The notes under the pieces: generated by a model
The model's database searches: none
What the model was told of the DNA's origin: nothing
Seen by the model: the letters and a program-made list of their open reading frames with translations, nothing else
In this document: positions 27,275 to 36,094 of the stretch, piece after piece
Numbering within the stretch: the stretch's first letter is position 1
How the letters are laid out: the number at the start of each line of letters is the position of its first letter
NCBI GenBank assembly: GCA_002435705.1
Contig: DIVA01000052.1
Span: forward strand, 89,936 to 153,935
DNA length: 64,000 nt
Source of the DNA: Bacteriovoracaceae bacterium UBA6144
GTDB taxonomy: Bacteria; Bdellovibrionota; Bacteriovoracia; Bacteriovoracales; Bacteriovoracaceae
Direction: 5' to 3'
Position numbers and translations under genes: made by a program

Positions 27275-28746
27275 TGGATCTCCTCAAAAGAGGTCTTGTA
27301 GATTTTGATGAGACTAGGGACCTTGTAGTTGGATAAATTTTGGCGAATCTTTTCAGCAATCTCTTTTTTGGTTAACAGAAAGTCTTTGGACACAAAAAGA
27401 GAAAGTGTTAGTTTTTCTCTCTCTCTTTCCACACTCATAAAAGCGCGTGCCATCTTAACGCCAAAAATGGTCTTACATAATTCTTCAATCTCTTTGAGAT
27501 CGACCATATTGCCTAGGACTTTAGTGAAATTAAGTCTTCTGCCTAAGAAGATGATCTGATTCTGTTCGTTGAAATAAGCCAGATCTCCCGTGCGTAGCCA
27601 GCCTGAACGAAAGAGCTGATCTCGAAAAGATTCATCACCGATATATTTCGTAATCACCCCTTGACCGCGTAAGCATATTTCTCCTGCTTTTCCTTTTGGA
27701 ACTTCGAACCCTTTACTGTCCAGGATTTTAAGTTCCACTCCCGGACGCATCAGCATACCTAGGGTCGCTGGTTGCGGATCTTTGGGGTGGTTTGTAAGAA
27801 TTGGCAGTGTTTCTGTGAGACCATAGCCTTGGGTGACTTTAAGGTTAAATTTTTCAGATATTTGATTAAAGAGATGAGGAGTCAGATAACTTCCACCTGC
27901 CACAATCGTCAGGTGTGAGAGATCTCTTTTTTCTCTAAGTTTACTCGCCTCGAGGAGCATCTTTTCTAGGATGACCGGGACCACGTTCATGTGCTGAATC
28001 TCATATCGTTCGATGAGTTGCAGGATAGAGCTTAGTTTTTTATCAGAAACATAAAGCTCACAGCCTTCAAAAATAGGAAAGAGTAAGTTTGTCACAAGAC
28101 CGAAAACCGGATAAGAAGGCAAAGTCAAGAGTAAGCGGTGACGAGGTTTGAAATCAAAAATACGTGCACAACTCTCGATAGCATAGAGGTAGTCTTCATA
28201 GGTATGTTCAACTCCGAGAGGAGTGGCAAATCCCTTAAAGGTCATGTGACAAGTCACAACTTGATCATGCTCAGGAGCAGTAAGTTTGTCAGGTTTTTTA
28301 GAAGGGGTAAGGCAGTTATGAAGAAAAAACAGCTCATGGCTAAGTTCTTGGTCGCCATTCTTAAGAGTTAATACAGCTTCAAGATTTTTATGAGAGAGAA
28401 AGAAATCAGTGTGATCGATAAGAAACGAGTAGTCACAAAGTACTGTTTTAAAGTTCACAAGCTTGGCAATGTTTTTTAATTCATAGGAAGTGCAATGTGG
28501 TGCAACCGGCAGGAGTATTGCCCCGAGAGAGCTCAGTGCCAGAAAACTGATGAGCAAGTCCTTTTCACTTTCAAAAGCGACCAAGACGTAATCACGCTTT
28601 TTGATACCTTGCTTTTTCAAAAAGGTTAAAAGTTGCCTTGCTTCTAAAGAGAGATCTTCGTAGGTGGTCTCTTTTTTTTGATCCACATAATTAAAGGCCA
28701 CGAGTTTTTCATGCTGACGAAAATTATGGAAGAGGCAACTTTTCAT
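27271..28746 (-). CDS. AMP-dependent synthetase/ligase (acyl-AMP / acyl-ACP ligase candidate)
   Basis: Adenylate-forming motifs TQGYGLTET, GWLRTGDL and the C-terminal K in NYKVPS. 491 aa. 4-nt overlaps on both sides. Confidence 0.8.
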   Translation of the reverse strand: MKSCLFHNFRQHEKLVAFNYVDQKKETTYEDLSLEARQLLTFLKKQGIKKRDYVLVAFESEKDLLISFLALSSLGAILLPVAPHCTSYELKNIAKLVNFKTVLCDYSFLIDHTDFFLSHKNLEAVLTLKNGDQELSHELFFLHNCLTPSKKPDKLTAPEHDQVVTCHMTFKGFATPLGVEHTYEDYLYAIESCARIFDFKPRHRLLLTLPSYPVFGLVTNLLFPIFEGCELYVSDKKLSSILQLIERYEIQHMNVVPVILEKMLLEASKLREKRDLSHLTIVAGGSYLTPHLFNQISEKFNLKVTQGYGLTETLPILTNHPKDPQPATLGMLMRPGVELKILDSKGFEVPKGKAGEICLRGQGVITKYIGDESFRDQLFRSGWLRTGDLAYFNEQNQIIFLGRRLNFTKVLGNMVDLKEIEELCKTIFGVKMARAFMSVEREREKLTLSLFVSKDFLLTKKEIAEKIRQNLSNYKVPSLIKIYKTSFEEIQ

Positions 28747-31571
28747 TTCTCACCTCTTTGCAAGTGATAGTAATCGGGGCTGACGACTTGGGCTTTTATC
28801 TTACCTTGTCCGAAGACTCGCTCTTCGAGCATGAAGTCAACGATCACGTCGGCCACCAGAAAGTCTTCTGTTTCCGTGAGTTTGAAATTTTGCAGTTTCA
28901 TCTGGAAGGGTGGCTTGACCCACTGTGCGAGGTTGATCTCTGTGGCAATCAGATTCATCTTTGAACTCAAGGGTATTTTTTTAACCAAGTGAGCCAGTAA
29001 CATTACAAACTGCCGAGTCACCTCTGCAAAATAGAGTGTTGAAGGAGTCGTGAGCCCGTTAAAGAAAGGTCCTCTCTCTTCAGAGAGTGGTAGGGTCCAA
29101 ACAGTCTGGGACTCAAGGTCCAGAGTTGAAACGAGAACGTTTTCTTCGCGATGTTTGTGAGTCAACTTTTGATTCTCTCTCGTAAAGATTTGATCAAGTT
29201 TTGGACTAAAACTGGAAAAATGAGGGAGTGCTTTCACATCCACCTTGAGAATTCCGGCCCGGACCTTGTCTTGATTGATCTCAAATTCAATAGAACCACT
29301 TTCTCTTTGGGTAAGACTTATTAAAACCGGTTTATTCTTTTCTAAAAACTTTGTAAATCTGATGGTCATCGTTTGGATCAGATAAGGTGAATCCATAAAC
29401 CAGCGTAAGAGCTCTTCGCATCCATGAATGGGGAGAATGCCTGGTATATGGTCAAGGGGGTGATCAAAGAAGTATTTCTCAGTCTCATCCACCACGAGAG
29501 TAGCACTGGCACTGTGAGTTGTTTTCTGACATTTCTCCAGGAACCTCCCAAGCTTTTCCTCATGAGTATGGTCAATTTTGAGAAACATTAAAAGATTAAG
29601 GTAATCAAGTGCTATTTGTTTGTTGAGTTTACTTTGAGCAATAAGATCTTGCATCAGTTCTGATGGGCCTGACTTAAGAAGAGTTTTTTCTAATTTAAGA
29701 TCTCTGAGATTAAGATGCAGTTCTTTCGTTTCAAGAAATTGATAAAATTCGAAAGCTCCTGTCGCTTCTCCCAGTTCTCTGGGGTGTCCTGTCGTTTGGG
29801 ATGCCCCCAAGGTTATCTTTGCAATGGAATTGGTATTTTGCATTTGGCGCAGCCTAAGTCCCAGCATAAAAGCCTTTTCTGGCTTCTCAACTGATCGATG
29901 GGCGATAAGCAATATAATTTCTCCCTGAGCTTGTGCTAAAAGTTCAGGAATAAGTTTTAGTGCAGAGATGAAGCAACCCTCATCCCCACTTAGAGTCATG
30001 TGATGGCCCTGAAAGTTAAACAGAATGCTTGGGTGACCACTCATCATGGATGGAAGAGTCGATGCAATAGCTTCAATACTGAGTTCTGGGTGAGTCAGGT
30101 TGAGGTGGTACTTCTTTTCAAATTCCACACTCAGCTGTCCCCCCAAATTATTGACGGCAATGCAACTCATATTACGTTTTTCTGCTTCTTCGCTATTAGA
30201 AATGAGTTCTTGGGTCAGGTGCATCGCCCATCTCTGAAGCGGATCAATCCTCTCCTGCATCCGAGGCCCCATTCCTACATTTTTTATGACCGGTGGAGCC
30301 TGATTTAGAGATTGCGCATTGAGCGGTATGAAGTTTTGCACATAGAAAGTCGCATCTGCTTTTGGCTTTTGTTGTGATTTCTCAGTCAGCTCTGAGGTCA
30401 AAATAATGTGCGCATTTGAGCCACCAAAACCAAAAGAGGAAATACCTATCACCATCGAGTCTTTTTGTATTTTCTTGGGTGTATCAAGGATGGAAAGATT
30501 TAAGCGGCTAAGATCCTCTCTCTCGGTAATGGAAATATGAGGCAAGAGTACCTTATGCTTAATCATGAGAACAGATTTAATCAGGGATGCCAGTCCTGAG
30601 GCAGCGAGAGTGTGGCCAATGTTGGCTTTCAGTGATCCGATGGTAAGTTTTTTATGTGGACTCGGTTTAAAGAATTGATGAAGACTTCTGCATTCTGTCT
30701 CATCTCCCAAGATGGTAGCCGTTCCATGAGCTTCAACGTAGTCTACTTGATCAGGAGATATTTTTGATTGTTGATAGGCCCGCTCATAGGCATGAAGCTG
30801 TCCAAAAAATCCCGGACTAAAAGCTGACCCTTCACTGCCGTCACTCGAGAGACCAATGCCAGCAATTTGTGCGAGAGCATTGTGAGGCTTAAGACTTAGT
30901 GTAATTCCACAAACGGCCTCACCAAGCACAATTCCGTCAGCATTTTTATCAAAGGAATTGAGCTCTCCCTTAAGTGAAAGTGCCCCAAGTTTTGTAAATC
31001 CTCGGTAAAGAAATGAATGAAGGGAGAGATTGAGTCCTAAGACGATCACTTGGTCACACCCCTGCTGCAGGATCCCTCGCGCCAGCTCCAATGCGTAGAG
31101 CGATGAAGCACAGGCGGTATCAACCGCTAAAGCCGGCCCTTCAATACCCAAAGACTTTTGAATCACCTTTACTTGCCGATCTAGAGCGTAACCTAAGTGC
31201 GCAGGTATGATATTGAGCTGGGCCTTGTAGAAACTGTCATCAGTCCATTCGCATGCGATGACAAGTCCCGTTCGCAGCATTTGGGAATCAGGGGGGAGTC
31301 TATTTTTTAATCTTAGACCAATGTCGATGGCCCCTTGGATTTGCCGAGGAAAAGTTTTATCTTGAGGTCTATACTTGGCTAAATGGGCGAGGTCTTGCTG
31401 GATCTTTCCATCAACCTGATGCCGATAAGTTTCTGGGTCTAGCCCCCAGTAATGAGCTAGGCTCTCTGCTTTAGTTTTTTTTCTTTGGATCAGAAGTTCC
31501 CAAAACTCTTCAAGGTTTGCGGATTCAGGAAATATTCCGTCCATGTCATGAATGTATAAGGATTGGGTCAT
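28743..31571 (-). CDS. type-I-PKS-like ketosynthase fused to a truncated KS-like half-domain and an AfsA-like double hotdog domain
   Basis: KS triad: DTAC(154)ASSL, EAH(282)GTAT, NIGH(320)T. Residues ~435-600 repeat the KS N-terminal half (RIDPLQRW..., SGDEGC(533)FISAL) without a His-His half. C-terminus has YFFDHPLDHIPGILP (aa ~699-713) and HKHREENVLVS...GPFFNGLTTPSTLYFAEVTRQ (aa ~805-853), like the two AfsA repeats. Confidence 0.7.
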   Translation of the reverse strand: MTQSLYIHDMDGIFPESANLEEFWELLIQRKKTKAESLAHYWGLDPETYRHQVDGKIQQDLAHLAKYRPQDKTFPRQIQGAIDIGLRLKNRLPPDSQMLRTGLVIACEWTDDSFYKAQLNIIPAHLGYALDRQVKVIQKSLGIEGPALAVDTACASSLYALELARGILQQGCDQVIVLGLNLSLHSFLYRGFTKLGALSLKGELNSFDKNADGIVLGEAVCGITLSLKPHNALAQIAGIGLSSDGSEGSAFSPGFFGQLHAYERAYQQSKISPDQVDYVEAHGTATILGDETECRSLHQFFKPSPHKKLTIGSLKANIGHTLAASGLASLIKSVLMIKHKVLLPHISITEREDLSRLNLSILDTPKKIQKDSMVIGISSFGFGGSNAHIILTSELTEKSQQKPKADATFYVQNFIPLNAQSLNQAPPVIKNVGMGPRMQERIDPLQRWAMHLTQELISNSEEAEKRNMSCIAVNNLGGQLSVEFEKKYHLNLTHPELSIEAIASTLPSMMSGHPSILFNFQGHHMTLSGDEGCFISALKLIPELLAQAQGEIILLIAHRSVEKPEKAFMLGLRLRQMQNTNSIAKITLGASQTTGHPRELGEATGAFEFYQFLETKELHLNLRDLKLEKTLLKSGPSELMQDLIAQSKLNKQIALDYLNLLMFLKIDHTHEEKLGRFLEKCQKTTHSASATLVVDETEKYFFDHPLDHIPGILPIHGCEELLRWFMDSPYLIQTMTIRFTKFLEKNKPVLISLTQRESGSIEFEINQDKVRAGILKVDVKALPHFSSFSPKLDQIFTRENQKLTHKHREENVLVSTLDLESQTVWTLPLSEERGPFFNGLTTPSTLYFAEVTRQFVMLLAHLVKKIPLSSKMNLIATEINLAQWVKPPFQMKLQNFKLTETEDFLVADVIVDFMLEERVFGQGKIKAQVVSPDYYHLQRGEK

Positions 31572-34500
31572 ACATTTTTCCCAATGCTATAATTGAGCGT
31601 AGACTTTGGAGTGAAGAGTACTTTTGAATGATTCAGACCGTGGTGTAGCACTTCTTCCTTAAACAAACGAATGCCTGCGCGATTGGAAATACCAGATAAC
31701 TTCAACTCTTGCATCCTGAGGAGGAGATTGTCTTGGGCCAATCCCGTTTCACTCCAAACAGACCAGAGGAGCGCCGCTACGGGATAGGGAGATTGAGCAT
31801 TCCATTTGATGGCCAGTTGGTTTAGAACTTCATTGGCGTAAGAGTAGTCTGTCTGACCGGGAGCTCCCGACCAACTAGAAAGGGAACTAAAAAAACAAAC
31901 GAAACTTAGCTTCTTTTCATCTGAAAATGTTTCATAAACATTATACGCAGAAGCAATCTTTGACTGTACCACCTGTCGAAAGTCTTCGTAGCTTTTATTT
32001 TTTAAAAGATTATCTCTGGTTAAGCCAACAGCGTGAATAATTCCATCAATCTTGCCAAAGTCTTTTTGAATTTTACTAACCGCTTTTTTTAAATCGATAC
32101 TCTTGGTTGCGTCAGCCGAGATATAATGAAAAACACCACCGCGGCGCTCAATTGAATCTTTGGTGTTCCAAATTTCACGCTGATTATTCACTTCCGTGTA
32201 GCGAAGGTTAAATAAAAAGTTTTGTTCTGAGGCATCGGCATGGGCATGAGTTTTAAGAATTTCTTTTTTTAGTTCATCTCTTAACTCAGCATCACTTTGA
32301 CACTCATCAAAGGGGCGAGTGGCGCTGAGGGGCGTTCGACCAATGGCACTGACCGTTGCTTGTCGATAATCAGCTAGGAATTTTGCAATTTCTGAGGTGA
32401 TTCCTCTGGCTCCCCCTACAAGTAAAATGTGTGGAGAGGCAGGGAGAGTGATGTGAGCATTAACTTTTGGGGGTTCAATGATTTTAATTGCTTCTCTAAA
32501 GAAATTATTGCCCTGCTGAGTGAGAGAAATGAATCGCTCATTTGTGTTTTGATAGAAAAACTGCCAGGGGATGCTCTTGGTTGTCGTTTTGTTAATTGTC
32601 ATGTCCAGCAGGCGGAAGGAGTGAGTCACTTCTTTCGAAAGTGACTTTAATGCTGCCGGCAAAGAAGCGATAAGAGGGTTATGGTGAGAATCATAAATGA
32701 GACAGAGCTTGGTTGGGCTCAGTTGGTTCAGTGACTGACATAACTCATATATTTCTTCTATTTGTTTTTCGATATTCGCCCTCTCCCAACTGAGATGACT
32801 AAATTGAAGAAAGATAAAATAGCATGAGAAGGAGCCAAGATTGGTGATTTGATTGCGTAGAGTACTCATGGTTGGGAGCGTAAAATATTTTTGATCGGCA
32901 AAAAAATCTTTGAACCCAATGTTTTTCTCCCACGGCCCAACCAGTAAATAGGCATGGTCCGGGTGATCTTTTCGGCTTTCTTGTTTAAATTTTATTTCCT
33001 CTAGTTCAAATTCAAAACGAGAAACTTCCTCGTCACTTCCACGGGTTTTTGATCTACGGTCAAAGATTTCTTCAATCTCGAGTAAGTCACCTAGGGTTTT
33101 TGCATGAAGCATTTCTCGAACTGCGAGCTGCAAGTAAGGATGTTTAACGATGAGAGAATTAATGAAATCCTCTTTCTCGAAAATATTAAGACGTAGGTCA
33201 TGTTCAAAATCACTCGTGGACTGTATTTTTTCAAGTTTAAGGTTTAAGAAATGCGCCAAATTTTCTTTGATCGAGAGTGAGCTTTTCTTCTCATGCCCCT
33301 CTCCTGTCAGCCGCCCCTGATGTTTAATCAAGAGTGTTTGAATCTCAAGGAGACTGTTGACGCGAGTAAGCTCTTCAATCTTTAAGTCGAGTTGTGGGAA
33401 GCGTGTTTTAAGATTCGCAATAAGTTCCAGCTTAATAAGAGAATCAAGCATCAGGTCTTCATTAAAGCTCGAAGAGGGTGAAATCTTGTCCGTGCTTATG
33501 CCGGTGTAATTTATAATTTCGTTTCTCAGCCACGCCACTTCGTCTCTGAGCTCTTCCTGGGAGTTTTGTACTTTGTATTTAGAGATAATAGCATTTAATT
33601 CTCTGACCGAATTTGCATTGAGTAGTGCCGTCATATCAGACACATCTGCCTTAAACTTTTCAGATAAATTAGACAACAATTCAAGCTTGGTCATTGAATC
33701 GAGGTACAGGTCGCTGTCAAAACGTGCGTCGAGGCTAATCTCTGAAACTTTAAAACCTGTGAGGAGTGAAATTTCATTTAAGATGAGCTCAGTGGAAGGG
33801 TCTAAGGTGGAATGCTCATTTGTCTGCGGTGTAAGTCCTTCTATCTTAAAAAAGTTTGCAAGAACTTCTTCCGTGTCAGCAGCGATGATTCTTTTCACTG
33901 CACTTTGCTCACCAGCTGAGAGTTGAGAAACCTGGGCCATGAGGAGCTGTTGTTTTTCCAAGAAACCTTTGATGATTTTGTTTTCCTTATCACCTTTAGA
34001 CGTTGCAATGGTTACATTACTGACTACAGCGTCCAGTTTTTTTTGACTTTCTTTTACCTCAATACCCAAAGCTAAAAGGGGCATCAGAAAGTTCTCTAGC
34101 TCTTTAGTTCCATCTAGATTTAGACAGATGTAATCTTCACCAAGAATTTCTTGCGTGAGTTTTGTGAGAATGTTTTTTGGACCAACTTCAATAAAGAGTT
34201 TTACCCCTTTTGTGGCAAGGGTATTCACTGCATGGATCCAATCAACTTGATGGGTCAGTTGTTGTGAGAGATGTGTCACGACATCGCTAGTATTTTGGTA
34301 GCTGCTCACAGGGTTACAGGCGATGACTGTATTGACTCGAGTCCTCTTGGTAGTGAGGAGTTTTTGTAAAAATTGATGGAACTTCACTTCGGCAGGTTTC
34401 ATGAGCGGAGAATGAAATGCAGCTGAGGCTGTGAGCATTGTAGAGCGAATCTGATGTTTAAAACAGATCTGAGCTAACTCTTCAATATCATCGACTCCTG

Positions 34501-35263
34501 CGGAGTAAACGATTTGAGAGGGGGAATTGATATTGGCAAGCCAGTTTTCAGCTTGGGGTATGAGATCGACTATCTTCTGATGTAGGTTTTTCCAATTATG
34601 ATTATCTCTTTCAAAGATAGCGAGCATTTTTCCTGAGGCCAGGATATTGGCCTCAGCCATCACTCGCCCACGCTCAAGACTCATGTCGACTAACTCATCT
34701 AAAGAGATGAGTTCACTGTGTTTGAGAGCGCAGAGTTCTCCAAAGCTATGTCCCGCACTAAAGGCGGCGAGAATGTTGTGGCTTTCAAGTAGCCTCAGGC
34801 TTGCCATGTTGGCACAAGTTAAAAGTGGCTGAGTGAATTGAGTCTGATCAATGCCTGCTTCCATTCCATTGTAGAGAGAGGCGAGAGCTAATTTCTTGTC
34901 TGAGAATTTTCTTAAGAGTTGCTCAAAGGTCTCACTGAAAGCAGTATAAGTCTGAAGGTGCTGGAGCATTTGCACGTACTGGCTGCCTTGGCCTGGAAAG
35001 AGAAAGGCCCTTTGCTCAACAGGTATGCTCCTTTCAGAATAGGTAAAAAAATCTGAGCGATAAAAAGTTGAAGTCGAAGCTTCAAGGTCTGTGACGATTT
35101 GTTTTTTTAATTTCTGAAACTGATCTTGATGTTGCAGGAGTAGGCAGAGTCTCACTGGTCCAGAGCCCAGAGTGCTTATCTTATCCGTAGGATACGTCGA
35201 CTGATTGAGAAGATCCAAAATGCCATATTTAGAATCTGCTTTGAGGAGCAAAAGTTTCTTCAA
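31568..35263 (-). CDS. multidomain PKS/FAS-like protein: acyltransferase - ACP - ACP - degenerate ACP-like - ketoreductase
   Basis: AT: FLFPGQGSQYVQM, GHS(173)FGE, AFHSPLM. ACP1 LDS(523)M. ACP2 LDS(608)L. Third ACP-like helix bundle has Asn693 in the Ser position (LRLNIF). KR: LLVGGARGITSEIA and Y(1140)SYAN. TTG start after AGGGA. Confidence 0.8.
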   Translation of the reverse strand: MKKLLLLKADSKYGILDLLNQSTYPTDKISTLGSGPVRLCLLLQHQDQFQKLKKQIVTDLEASTSTFYRSDFFTYSERSIPVEQRAFLFPGQGSQYVQMLQHLQTYTAFSETFEQLLRKFSDKKLALASLYNGMEAGIDQTQFTQPLLTCANMASLRLLESHNILAAFSAGHSFGELCALKHSELISLDELVDMSLERGRVMAEANILASGKMLAIFERDNHNWKNLHQKIVDLIPQAENWLANINSPSQIVYSAGVDDIEELAQICFKHQIRSTMLTASAAFHSPLMKPAEVKFHQFLQKLLTTKRTRVNTVIACNPVSSYQNTSDVVTHLSQQLTHQVDWIHAVNTLATKGVKLFIEVGPKNILTKLTQEILGEDYICLNLDGTKELENFLMPLLALGIEVKESQKKLDAVVSNVTIATSKGDKENKIIKGFLEKQQLLMAQVSQLSAGEQSAVKRIIAADTEEVLANFFKIEGLTPQTNEHSTLDPSTELILNEISLLTGFKVSEISLDARFDSDLYLDSMTKLELLSNLSEKFKADVSDMTALLNANSVRELNAIISKYKVQNSQEELRDEVAWLRNEIINYTGISTDKISPSSSFNEDLMLDSLIKLELIANLKTRFPQLDLKIEELTRVNSLLEIQTLLIKHQGRLTGEGHEKKSSLSIKENLAHFLNLKLEKIQSTSDFEHDLRLNIFEKEDFINSLIVKHPYLQLAVREMLHAKTLGDLLEIEEIFDRRSKTRGSDEEVSRFEFELEEIKFKQESRKDHPDHAYLLVGPWEKNIGFKDFFADQKYFTLPTMSTLRNQITNLGSFSCYFIFLQFSHLSWERANIEKQIEEIYELCQSLNQLSPTKLCLIYDSHHNPLIASLPAALKSLSKEVTHSFRLLDMTINKTTTKSIPWQFFYQNTNERFISLTQQGNNFFREAIKIIEPPKVNAHITLPASPHILLVGGARGITSEIAKFLADYRQATVSAIGRTPLSATRPFDECQSDAELRDELKKEILKTHAHADASEQNFLFNLRYTEVNNQREIWNTKDSIERRGGVFHYISADATKSIDLKKAVSKIQKDFGKIDGIIHAVGLTRDNLLKNKSYEDFRQVVQSKIASAYNVYETFSDEKKLSFVCFFSSLSSWSGAPGQTDYSYANEVLNQLAIKWNAQSPYPVAALLWSVWSETGLAQDNLLLRMQELKLSGISNRAGIRLFKEEVLHHGLNHSKVLFTPKSTLNYSIGKNV

Positions 35264-35416
35264 GATTTCCCTAAGTCTTTAATGAGATTGTCTGAATTTA
35301 TTTTAGGTTAATTGGAGAGTTGTCTCAATAAAACAATACCTGAGTAAAAGTCTCTTGCCTTGTGTTCAATTCCTTCTATTGATACCTTTTATGTGTCACT
35401 AAACAAGAGAGAAACC

Positions 35417-36085
35417 ATGGCTTTTATTGAAGCTCGTCAATTGAGAAAATCCTATGCTAGTGCGGATCACGAAGTCGAGATTTTGAAAGGGATTAATCTG
35501 GGGATTGAAAAAGGTGAGTTCATTTCACTGATGGGACCTAGTGGTGCGGGAAAAAGTACTTTGCTGCAGTTACTTGGTGCCCTTGATCGTCCCAGTGCGG
35601 GAGAAATTATTATTGATGGAAAAGATCTATCTCGGATGTCGGATACCGAATTAACTCTTTTCCGTAGGCGCCGTCTTGGTTTTATTTTTCAATTTTTTAA
35701 TCTCATGCCTACTTTAAATGTTCTAGAAAATGCGGCCCTCCCGTGTTTTCTTGATGGAAAGAGCCTGAACTCAGTGCGAGGGTTTGCCACGGAAACATTG
35801 GAGCGCTTGGGCCTTGGGCATCGACTCGATCATCGCCCCCACCAACTCTCAGGTGGAGAAATGCAACGGGTGGCCATTGCCCGCGCCTTGGTCAATAAGC
35901 CTTCACTTATCTTAGCCGATGAGCCAACGGGTAATCTGGATTCAAAAAATGGGGCTGAGGTTCTCAGCATTTTAAAAAATTTAGTGAAAGATTTTAATGT
36001 GACTTTAGTTATGGTGACTCATGACAAAAGTGCGGCAGAAGTGGCAGATCGTAAAGTGCAGCTTCTCGATGGCGTTGTCGTTTAG
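35417..36085 (+). CDS. ABC transporter ATP-binding protein (MacB/LolD-type)
   Basis: Walker [10 protein letters not shown], signature [15 protein letters not shown], Walker B LILADEPT. The ATG at 35417 is preferred over the TTG at 35360. Confidence 0.85.
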   Translation: MAFIEARQLRKSYASADHEVEILKGINLGIEKGEFISLMGPSGAGKSTLLQLLGALDRPSAGEIIIDGKDLSRMSDTELTLFRRRRLGFIFQFFNLMPTLNVLENAALPCFLDGKSLNSVRGFATETLERLGLGHRLDHRPHQLSGGEMQRVAIARALVNKPSLILADEPTGNLDSKNGAEVLSILKNLVKDFNVTLVMVTHDKSAAEVADRKVQLLDGVVV

Positions 36086-36094
36086 GAGCCTTGA

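Noticed and set aside
28743-35263. Interpretation of the two megasynthase genes as a PUFA (Pfa) synthase.
   Set aside because: No enoyl reductase (PfaD) or FabA-type DH pair is present. There are only two functional ACPs, and the KS and AT are on different subunits in a non-Pfa order. The hotdog region lacks HxxxGxxxxP.
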